A DNA stretch of 64,000 nucleotides from Candidatus Aminicenantales bacterium (GTDB lineage Bacteria; Acidobacteriota; Aminicenantia; Aminicenantales; UBA4085): the NCBI GenBank assembly GCA_049515535.1, contig JBEKTZ010000007.1, positions 1 to 64,000 on the forward strand. The letters are read 5' to 3'. Both the position numbers and the translations under genes were made by a program. The notes beneath the pieces were generated by a model. The model was not told the origin of the DNA and made no database searches. It was given only the letters and a program-made list of their open reading frames with translations. Shown here one piece after another: positions 48,282 through 56,207 of the stretch (its first letter is position 1; each line of letters begins with the position of its first letter).

Positions 48282-49250
48282 TTAAAGCCGGCCGTCGGCC
48301 CTGTACCAGACGATCGTCGCGGCCATGCCTTTTTCGAACGTCCAGGCCGGCGCGTAGCCGAGCTCCGCAGCCGCTTTCCGGATGCTCAACGGCTTGGGAT
48401 GGATGAAGAAAGCCAGCCGCGAGGGGTTGAGCGGAGCTTCTTTCCCAATCATCGAGAAGACCTTGCCCATGGCCCATGCCGCGGCCTTTGCGGGGGCGAG
48501 CGGGAGCGAGATACGGGGGGGCTTCGTCCCGGCCGCCGCGGCGATGGTCTCGATCATCCGCTTCACGGTGAGGACTTCATTTCCGGCGAGGTTATAGATT
48601 TCGCCCGGCCTGCCCTTGTCCAGGCAAAGCAGGGCGCCGTCGATGAGATCATCGATGAAGACGGGCGATTGAAGCGTTTTTCCCTTGGCCACAAGGATCA
48701 GTCTTCGGCGGGCGGCGGCGCGGATGAGCTTGAACGTCCTCCGGTCGCCCGGCCCATAAACCCATCCGGGACGGACGATGACGATATTCAGGCCGTCCTT
48801 CGCGGCCTCCCGGGCGATCATCTCGCCTTCGAGCTTGGACTTGTCGTAAACGTCCCGGGGGTCGAGCGGATGGTTTTCGTCGGCGGCGAGGTTGTTTTCG
48901 ACATGGCCGAGGACTCCGGCGGAGCTGAAATGAACGATCCTCCGGACGCCCCCGGCCCGGGCCGCCCGAAGGACGGTCCGCGTGCCCTCCGCGTTGATCG
49001 CGAAAAATTCCTTCCGGTCGATTTGCGAAGCGCCCAGGGCCGAGGCCAGATGGAAAAGAACGTCCGCTCCCCGAAGCGCGCCCTTGAGGAGATCGAAATC
49101 CCGGATATCGCCCGGGACGACTTCGATGTGTCCAGGGAGTGAAATGTCTTTCCGGTGGACGAGCGCCCGCACCGACCATCCGTCCCGGACGAAGCGGCGG
49201 GCCAGATGCCCGCCGATGAATCCTGAGGCTCCCGTGATGAAAACGCGCAT
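48282..49250 (-). CDS. NAD-dependent epimerase/dehydratase
   Basis: TGASGFIG, YDKSK, RPGWVYGPGD. Confidence 0.92.
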   Translation of the reverse strand: MRVFITGASGFIGGHLARRFVRDGWSVRALVHRKDISLPGHIEVVPGDIRDFDLLKGALRGADVLFHLASALGASQIDRKEFFAINAEGTRTVLRAARAGGVRRIVHFSSAGVLGHVENNLAADENHPLDPRDVYDKSKLEGEMIAREAAKDGLNIVIVRPGWVYGPGDRRTFKLIRAAARRRLILVAKGKTLQSPVFIDDLIDGALLCLDKGRPGEIYNLAGNEVLTVKRMIETIAAAAGTKPPRISLPLAPAKAAAWAMGKVFSMIGKEAPLNPSRLAFFIHPKPLSIRKAAAELGYAPAWTFEKGMAATIVWYRADGRL

Positions 49251-49274
49251 CGCTCCGTATCCCGCCTCCGGGCT

Positions 49275-50438
49275 TCAGCCGGCGGCCCTGTCCAATGTTT
49301 CGGCGATCTTTTCCACGTATTTCGGATAAGTGTATTCCCGATCGGTCAAGCGCCGCGCTTCCCGCGCCCGGAGCTGCGCTTCTTCGGATTCGAGGGCGAA
49401 CGAGAGGCCGTCGGCGAAAGCCTGCGGCTCCGGCGCCGCGAGGACCGCGATCCGCTCGTCCAGGACCTGGGTGTGGGTCCACAGATCCGTGGCGACGAGC
49501 GGTTTTCCGGATTTGAGAAAAGAATAGATCTTCAACGGCGTGTTCGTTCCGGATACGCGCGGCGAGACCAAAACGTCGCAGAGGGAAATATAAGCCGGCA
49601 CCTGCCGGGGCGGGACTTTTTCGATAAAGACGATCCGGGCTTCGATCCCCAGTTCCCCGGCCTTTTTTTTCATGAGGTCGTGCTCGGGCTTCGACCCGCC
49701 GACGATCAGCAGGATCGCGGGGGAAGCGACCCGGGCGAAGGCCTCGACGAGGAGCGGGATGCCCTGGTAGGGTTCGAAATTCCCCGCGTAAAGGACGATT
49801 TTTTCGCCGCGCGGCGCGATCTCCCTCTTTCTCCGGGAGACCTCCCCGGCGGGCAGCGGCCGTTCTTCTAAGTCGTTGAAATCGATGAAATTCTCGAGCA
49901 AGACGGCCTTTTCGCCGAAGCCTTTTTTCCGGACATAATCGAGCAGGTCGCGGCAGATCACGATGACCGCCCCCGAATTTTTCAGGACGAATCGCTCCAG
50001 CCCGAGGAAAATCCCCTTCAGCGTCCGGGACTTCGAGAAATTGAAGTTCTCGAGCTGCTGGGGGAGGCTCGAGTGCATGTCGTAGATGTGCGGGGTGCGG
50101 AAGATTTTTCCGAGGCATGCGCCGAACCAGCCCGCCTCCTCGTGGGAGAAGATGACGTCGTGGCGACTTTTCAGGAGCTCCCAAAAAGCCCGGACGAAGA
50201 GAAACGCGTCGAGCGGGAGCTTGACGAGCGAGGGCCCGATCTTGATGGCCCGGACGCGGAGCGCGCGGGCGACGCGCCGGATCGTGGCGTTCTTGAAGGC
50301 GACGTCGTCTCCGAGAGGGTAGGTGATGAGGCTGACCCTGTGGCCCAGGTCGGACAGCGCCTTGATCCTGAAATAAATGCTGATCGGCGTCCCCCGCGGC
50401 TGGAAGAATGGCTCGGGGGCGAGCATGAGGATTTTCAT
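49275..50438 (-). CDS. GT4 glycosyltransferase
   Basis: MKILMLAPEPFFQPRGTP, YAGNFEPYQG, PLKIYSFLKSGKPLVAT. Confidence 0.9.
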   Translation of the reverse strand: MKILMLAPEPFFQPRGTPISIYFRIKALSDLGHRVSLITYPLGDDVAFKNATIRRVARALRVRAIKIGPSLVKLPLDAFLFVRAFWELLKSRHDVIFSHEEAGWFGACLGKIFRTPHIYDMHSSLPQQLENFNFSKSRTLKGIFLGLERFVLKNSGAVIVICRDLLDYVRKKGFGEKAVLLENFIDFNDLEERPLPAGEVSRRKREIAPRGEKIVLYAGNFEPYQGIPLLVEAFARVASPAILLIVGGSKPEHDLMKKKAGELGIEARIVFIEKVPPRQVPAYISLCDVLVSPRVSGTNTPLKIYSFLKSGKPLVATDLWTHTQVLDERIAVLAAPEPQAFADGLSFALESEEAQLRAREARRLTDREYTYPKYVEKIAETLDRAAG

Positions 50439-50449
50439 GGGAGGCGCGT

Positions 50450-51424
50450 TCAGCTCTTTTCTTCCGAATCCGATCCGATCACTTCGCGGACGGCATAGAT
50501 ATGCTTTTCCACGGCTTCGTGATAGGCCCGGACCATGATCTCGCCCAGCAGGCCCATGGTGATGAATTGGATGCCGATGACGATCAGGAGAACGGCCAGA
50601 AGCAGGAGCGGGCGGTTGGCGATGCTTTGCTTGGAGATGATGCGCTCGTAGGACAGAACGCCGCCCAGCACGACTCCGGCGAGGCCGGCAATGAGGCCGA
50701 AAAGGCCGAAGATCTGGAGTGGCCGCGTCGAATAGCTCAGGAGAAACTTGACCGTCAGCAGGTCGAGGAAAACCCGGATCGATTTGGTGATATTGTATTT
50801 CGATTGGCCGTGGATCCGCGGGCGGTGGTTCACGGGCACTTCGGCGATGGCCACGCCCATGGTGCTGGCGATGGCGGGAATGAAACGGTGCATTTCGCCG
50901 TAGAGCTTGATATGTTTGACGACCTCCAGGCGGAACGCTTTGAGCGTGCAGCCGTAGTCGTGAAGCTTGACTTTCGTGATCTTGGAGATGAACCAATTGG
51001 CGGCCTTCGAAGGCAGCCGTCGCGAGACGAATTTGTCCTTACGCTTGATCCGCCAGCCGCTGACGATATCGTATCCCTCGCGGATCTTGGCGATGAGGAG
51101 CGGCGCGTCGGCCGGATCGTTCTGCAGGTCGGCGTCGAGAGTGATGACGATCCCGCCCCGGGCGAGATCGAACCCCGCCGAAAGGGCGGCCGTCTGCCCG
51201 AAATTCTTGCGGAGGCGGATAACCTTGACCCGGCGATCGCCGGCCTGGATTTTCGCGAGCGCGGCGAAGGACCCGTCCTCGCTTCCGTCCTCGATGAAGA
51301 TGATTTCAATGGCGCCGGAGATCTTCTCGCAGGCCGCGGACAGCTCGCGGTAGAGGTCCGGGAGGTTCTCTTCTTCGTTGAAAACGGGGATGACGAAGGA
51401 GACGTCGATCTTTGAGGCGGTCAT
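50450..51424 (-). CDS. GT2 undecaprenyl-phosphate glycosyltransferase (ArnC-like, two C-terminal TMs)
   Basis: IPVFNEE, NFGQTAAL, DADLQND, HDYGCTLKA, YGEMHRFIP. Confidence 0.92.
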   Translation of the reverse strand: MTASKIDVSFVIPVFNEEENLPDLYRELSAACEKISGAIEIIFIEDGSEDGSFAALAKIQAGDRRVKVIRLRKNFGQTAALSAGFDLARGGIVITLDADLQNDPADAPLLIAKIREGYDIVSGWRIKRKDKFVSRRLPSKAANWFISKITKVKLHDYGCTLKAFRLEVVKHIKLYGEMHRFIPAIASTMGVAIAEVPVNHRPRIHGQSKYNITKSIRVFLDLLTVKFLLSYSTRPLQIFGLFGLIAGLAGVVLGGVLSYERIISKQSIANRPLLLLAVLLIVIGIQFITMGLLGEIMVRAYHEAVEKHIYAVREVIGSDSEEKS

Positions 51425-51507
51425 TTTCCCAGCCAATATATCACAAAGAAAATGGGGGTTCAACAGGGCGGGCCCGTCCGCCGATCAGCCCGGCAGCCCT
51501 CGCGGCC

Positions 51508-53106
51508 TTATTTGATATACCCCAGGGAGCGGAGCATATCCTCGTCTTTTTTGTCCACGCGGACCGCTTCCTTGGTCTTGACGACCTCCCGCGCCCGGGC
51601 TTCGAGTTTCCGCCGGAGGGAGATGACGGCGTCCGGCAGGTTCCCTTTGACGAACAAATCGTCATGCTCATCCGGGCCTTTCGTCAGGTCATAGACTTCG
51701 ATCTGCTGTTTTTCCGGGGTGAAGATGAGATGCCAGGGGAAGGCCAAGAGCCCGAATTTGTCCCGCCAGGCCTCGGGCTTATACGTTTCCTCGAACACTT
51801 CCATGAGCGCCCCGTTTTCGAGCTTGAGAAGATCTCTTCCGAGGAACCGGGACGGGCTTTTCAAGCCCATGATGTCCATGACCGAGGGCGCGATGTCGAG
51901 CAAGGTGACGAATTCCTCGCGGACGGCGGGGCGGTTCGGCGCGGCGGGATCGTAAATGATCAGGGGGACTTTCAGGAACGCGTCCTGGAGAAAATGGATG
52001 TGTCCATAATATCGGATGCCGTCCTCGGTGAGGTATTCGCCCAGTCCCTCGCCGTGGTCGCCGACCGCGACGATCGCGGTGTTCTCGTCGAGGCCGAGGT
52101 CCTTGAGCTTGGCCCAAAAGCGGCCGATTTCCGCGTCCATGTATTCGACTTCCCGGCGATAGTTCTCCCGCATGGTCTTCATCGGCAGGATGAGCTTGCC
52201 CCTGAACGTCATCGTCACGGAGCGCGGTTTTCCGGCGTTGGAGACGAGGATGGCCGCGGTCCTTTTGAAAAAATAGGTCTGGTCTTCCTTCCAGAAGAAG
52301 AAGTCCCGGTAGCGATCGATCTTCAAGCCCGACTCGTCGGGGCTTTCGAGCTTGTACAAATCGAAGCGGGCGTGATAAGGAAATTCGTCGGAATCGTTCT
52401 TGACTTCGAGGCGGATCTCGTTGTCTCCCGTTTTCAAGGGCAATTCGGCCGTGTTGATCGTATAGTTGCTCAGGCAATAGGACCCGATGCGCCGGCCGTT
52501 GACAAAAATGTCCAGGTCGGCGGGCGCGCCGGGCGGCGTGTAAGGCTCGTGGGGGTCGGAATAATGGACCCAGAGGAAGAACGGCTTGTCTTTGTGGGAC
52601 TCGAGCCAGGGAAAGACCCTGCCGTTGACTTCCCCGGCGCGGAGATACCAGCGGTCCGCCGGGAAGTCGTCGACATAGCTCATGAAGCCTTTGTTCAGGC
52701 CGAACGAAGCGCGGACGACGCCGAGAGAAACGAAGGCGGCGGTGGCGAAACCGCGCTCCTCGAACAAAGGAGCGAGCGAAGGCAGGTCTTTTTTGAGATC
52801 GAGGCTCTGGGCGTTATTGTAGTTTTTGAGGAGATGGGGAGGCTGGGAATAGAAGATGGAGGCGTGGGATGGCAGGGTGATGGGAATGAGGCTGTAACAA
52901 TTCTTGAAGAGGATGCCCCGGCCGGCCAGGGCGTCGAGGTTCGGCGTGGCCGCGCCGCCCGGCGTTATGACGCCGACATGATCCGCCCGCAACGTGTCCA
53001 GGGTCATGAGAATGAAATTGCGGGGCGCGGTTCTCGCGCGGCAGGCCGAGAAAATCCCGGCCGCCAGAAGAAAGCCCAGCGCCAGCGCGAAATATTTGTT
53101 TTTCAT
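51508..53106 (-). CDS. Sulfatase-like (alkaline-phosphatase superfamily) lipoprotein
   Basis: Lipobox-like FSAC; DTLRADH, TPNLD, TLPSHAS, DPHEPY, GDHGE, LRSLGY. Confidence 0.88.
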   Translation of the reverse strand: MKNKYFALALGFLLAAGIFSACRARTAPRNFILMTLDTLRADHVGVITPGGAATPNLDALAGRGILFKNCYSLIPITLPSHASIFYSQPPHLLKNYNNAQSLDLKKDLPSLAPLFEERGFATAAFVSLGVVRASFGLNKGFMSYVDDFPADRWYLRAGEVNGRVFPWLESHKDKPFFLWVHYSDPHEPYTPPGAPADLDIFVNGRRIGSYCLSNYTINTAELPLKTGDNEIRLEVKNDSDEFPYHARFDLYKLESPDESGLKIDRYRDFFFWKEDQTYFFKRTAAILVSNAGKPRSVTMTFRGKLILPMKTMRENYRREVEYMDAEIGRFWAKLKDLGLDENTAIVAVGDHGEGLGEYLTEDGIRYYGHIHFLQDAFLKVPLIIYDPAAPNRPAVREEFVTLLDIAPSVMDIMGLKSPSRFLGRDLLKLENGALMEVFEETYKPEAWRDKFGLLAFPWHLIFTPEKQQIEVYDLTKGPDEHDDLFVKGNLPDAVISLRRKLEARAREVVKTKEAVRVDKKDEDMLRSLGYIK

Positions 53107-53306
53107 CCGGCAAATCATTATTGATGATTCTTTGGGAATTGTCAAAACGCGCCCTGAACGCGTCATGAATCCCCGGCTTGCGGCCTGAGGGAGACGAACC
53201 CGGAGCTTTACTTGGAATTGAGGGATTGAGTTGACTGTCACCGAAATTAGGGCGGAGGCCGGTTGTTTCTCCCGCCGAATTCATGTATGATTTTTGAAGC
53301 CGCGGT

Positions 53307-54008
53307 ATGGACAAAATCATCATCATTCCCGCCTATAACGAAGAGCGAAATCTCGAGGGCGTATTGCGGTCCGTCAAGCACGACGCGCCGGATTTCGACG
53401 TCGTGGTCATCAACGACGGCTCCACCGACCGGACTTCGGAAGTGGCCCGGAAATTCGATTTCGTCAAGGTCATTGATCTCGCGGAAAACATCGGGATCGG
53501 CGGAGCCGTCCAGACCGGATTCATCTATGCGCGGGAAGGCCCATACCGGCTCGCGGTCCAGGTCGACGGCGACGGCCAGCACAAACCGTCCGAGATCCCG
53601 AAGATCGCCGGGCCCGTGCTGCGCGGAGAGGCCGACGTGGTGATCGGATCGCGGTTCGTCGAAAAAGCGAAATTCCGCGGAACCTTCTTCCGGCGCGTCG
53701 GGATCAGGATCTTCCAGGTGATCAATTCCGTCCTTCTGGGAAAGCGGATCGCGGACAGCACGTCGGGCTTCCGGGCCTATAACCGGGCGGCGATCGAGAT
53801 CCTGAGCCGGACTTACCCCGACGATTATCCCGAACCTGAAGCCATCTATATCTTGCGGAAGCATGGCCTGCGGATCGAGGAGGCGGCCGTCGAAATGGAA
53901 GGCCGAGCCGCCGGCAAATCCTCGATCACGTTCTGGCATTCCCTTTATTACATGATCAAGGTCTGTCTGGCTATTATCATCCTTATGGTGAGAAAGAAAG
54001 AAGACTGA
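53307..54008 (+). CDS. GT2 glycosyltransferase (polyprenol-phosphate type)
   Basis: IPAYNEE, NDGSTD, GIGGAVQTG, DGDGQH, DSTSGFRA, DYPEPE. Confidence 0.92.
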   Translation: MDKIIIIPAYNEERNLEGVLRSVKHDAPDFDVVVINDGSTDRTSEVARKFDFVKVIDLAENIGIGGAVQTGFIYAREGPYRLAVQVDGDGQHKPSEIPKIAGPVLRGEADVVIGSRFVEKAKFRGTFFRRVGIRIFQVINSVLLGKRIADSTSGFRAYNRAAIEILSRTYPDDYPEPEAIYILRKHGLRIEEAAVEMEGRAAGKSSITFWHSLYYMIKVCLAIIILMVRKKED

Positions 54009-54020
54009 CGGAGAAAGCCC

Positions 54021-54386
54021 ATGGACAACGTGCAAACCACCCGGATTCAAATCCTGGCCATCGCCGGAAGCGTGATTCTCATTTTCTTCATTCTGGAGCT
54101 TATCCGGCGGAAGCGGCTGAGAGAGGAGTTTTCCATCCTTTGGCTGGCGATGGGCGTCATTTTCCTCGTCCTGTCTATTTTTCGTGGCCTCCTCGACAAG
54201 TTCTCCTATATGATCGGTATCGGATATCCGCCGGCAGCGCTGTTCTTGATCTTGATCATGGGTCTTTTGTTCATCCTCGTCCATTTTTCGGTGGCCATCT
54301 CGGAGCTCAAGGAAACCCAGAAGAAGCTCGTCCAGGAGATCGGGCTTTTGAAAGCGGCCCTCGAGGACCGATCGAAGGGTTCGTGA
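54021..54386 (+). CDS. DUF2304 membrane protein
   Basis: IRRKRLREEFSILW, GIGYPP, C-terminal KLVQEIGL; typical GT2 partner. Confidence 0.85.
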   Translation: MDNVQTTRIQILAIAGSVILIFFILELIRRKRLREEFSILWLAMGVIFLVLSIFRGLLDKFSYMIGIGYPPAALFLILIMGLLFILVHFSVAISELKETQKKLVQEIGLLKAALEDRSKGS

Positions 54387-54411
54387 GAACCTTGGAGCCC
54401 GCGCCCGTCCG

Positions 54412-55482
54412 ATGAGTTGGCGACGCTTTGACGGATCCCTCGAACGACGCTGGGACGAGTTCGCGGCCGCGCATCCGGCCGGGCGAATGGTCCATCTGTC
54501 GGGCTTTAAAAAAGCCGTCGAGGATACCTATCATTTCGAGCCTTTTTACCGGGCGTACGTGGGAGACGGCGTTCTCAAGGCGGTTTTTCCCGGTTTTTTC
54601 CACAAGAGCCGGATCTATGGACGCAAGGTCGTCTCCCAGCCGTTCTCGGAGTACGGGGGAATCCTGATCTCCGCCGATATCAAGGCGGAGGAGAAAGAAG
54701 AAATCGTGGACGAATTTTGCCGGATGGCGGAGACGGCCCTTCGGACCAAGAAATTCGATCATCTCGAGATGCGCAACCCGACGGGACTGTCCGGCACGGT
54801 CTCGCCCCGTCTCCAGACGCGCAGGCTGTTCAAATACGCGGTGCGCCGCCTCGAAGATCCGGAGACCATGTGGAAAGCTCTGGACGCCAAAGACCGGAAC
54901 ATCATCCAGAAAGCCCGGAGCTACGGGCTGACCATCACCGAGGAACGCGGCGAAGAATCTCTTCGCCGACGATTCTATCCGCTGTATCTCAAGACCATGA
55001 AAAGGCTCGGGACGCCGCCCCATCCTTTGAGCTATTTTCTCCGCCTGGCCCGCTATCTCCGGGACGAGATGAAAGTCTTCCTGGTCTATTATCGCCGGCT
55101 CCCGGTCGCGGCGCTCATCGGCTGGGCCGTGGGCAAGACCGTGCACATCACGGACATGTGCTCGGACGCCGCGGCGTTTTTCCTGAAGCCGAACGATTTC
55201 GCCGTATGGGAGTTCCTTTGCTGGGCCACCGAGCGCGGGTATCGGATCTTCGATTTCGGCCCAGTCCGCTATCGCGGGCAGGAAATTTTCAAGAAAAAGT
55301 GGAGGATGGAGTTTTTGGATTATTCTTATGCCTATCTGTCCTTGAATCCGGGCCGGATCAGGAATCCGGTCTCGGACTCGGGCGGGATCATGGCCGCCGC
55401 GCCGGAGATCTGGAAGGCGGCGATGCCCGTGGGCCTCGGCCGGCTCATCGGACGATGCGCCCGGAAGGAGATCGGGCTCTAA
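54412..55482 (+). CDS. FemAB-like GNAT protein
   Basis: WDEF, SQPFSEYGG, RNIIQKA, MKRLGTP, FDFG, FKKKW. Confidence 0.85.
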   Translation: MSWRRFDGSLERRWDEFAAAHPAGRMVHLSGFKKAVEDTYHFEPFYRAYVGDGVLKAVFPGFFHKSRIYGRKVVSQPFSEYGGILISADIKAEEKEEIVDEFCRMAETALRTKKFDHLEMRNPTGLSGTVSPRLQTRRLFKYAVRRLEDPETMWKALDAKDRNIIQKARSYGLTITEERGEESLRRRFYPLYLKTMKRLGTPPHPLSYFLRLARYLRDEMKVFLVYYRRLPVAALIGWAVGKTVHITDMCSDAAAFFLKPNDFAVWEFLCWATERGYRIFDFGPVRYRGQEIFKKKWRMEFLDYSYAYLSLNPGRIRNPVSDSGGIMAAAPEIWKAAMPVGLGRLIGRCARKEIGL

Positions 55483-55483
55483 C

Positions 55484-56167
55484 ATGACCGGAAACCGGCG
55501 TTCGGTCTGGGGCCGTTATTTCGACGACGTCTCCAGGAAGAAAGGAGACACGGAAGCGGCCAACAGGTATTTTTCGGTGAAAAATTTCCGCTTTCTCCGC
55601 GACGGCGTGTTGTCTTTGCTCGGCGGAGCGAGAAGCCTGAGGATCCTGGATGTCGGCTGCGGGACGGGCCATCTTTCCCTGCCGCTGGCCGGGGAGAATC
55701 GGATCGTCGGGGTCGATATCTCCCTGGAAATGCTCGCCTTCGCCCGCTCCAAGGGGCTGGCGGCCGTCCTGGCCGCCGCCGAAGACCTGCCGTTCCGGAC
55801 CGGGAGCTTCGATGTCGTCCTGGCCAACAGCGTCATCCAGCTCATTCCGGACGGGGACCGCTTCGTCCGCGAGCTGATGCGGGCCGTCCGGCCCGGAGGC
55901 CGGGTCATCATCAGCACGATCAACGCGGAAAACGCGACGATGGGTCTTCTCCGCCGCCTGGAAAGAAAAAAATACGAGCACTTCCGCCTCTATCCGTTCG
56001 GCGAATTGAAGGCCTTGGTCGCGGCGGCGGGGGGCGTCGTGCAAGGCGCGCTCTTCCTTTATTACCCCTTTGGAGCCATGAAGACACTCCGCGGAAGCGA
56101 GGAGCCGGGGCTCATTCCCCGCCGGTTGGCCACCTCGGTCGTTGTCGACGCGGTCCGGCCGGAATGA
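55484..56167 (+). CDS. Class I SAM methyltransferase
   Basis: ILDVGCGTG, GVDIS..ML, LPF...SFDVV, RPGG. Confidence 0.9.
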   Translation: MTGNRRSVWGRYFDDVSRKKGDTEAANRYFSVKNFRFLRDGVLSLLGGARSLRILDVGCGTGHLSLPLAGENRIVGVDISLEMLAFARSKGLAAVLAAAEDLPFRTGSFDVVLANSVIQLIPDGDRFVRELMRAVRPGGRVIISTINAENATMGLLRRLERKKYEHFRLYPFGELKALVAAAGGVVQGALFLYYPFGAMKTLRGSEEPGLIPRRLATSVVVDAVRPE

Positions 56168-56196
56168 TTGAAATGAGGGCCGGCCTCGCCTATAAT
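56168..56196 (+). promoter_or_regulatory. Sigma70 promoter TTGAAA-N17-TATAAT
   Basis: Near-consensus hexamers ending 11 nt before ATG 56208. Confidence 0.65.
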
Positions 56197-56207
56197 TTGG
56201 GAGTTTC

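Noticed and set aside
38839..50996. Extended N-termini in the ORF track (38839, 46958, 47818, 50996; likewise 60133)
   Set aside because: They overlap neighbouring genes or promoters; downstream starts fit domain boundaries and stop/start coupling.
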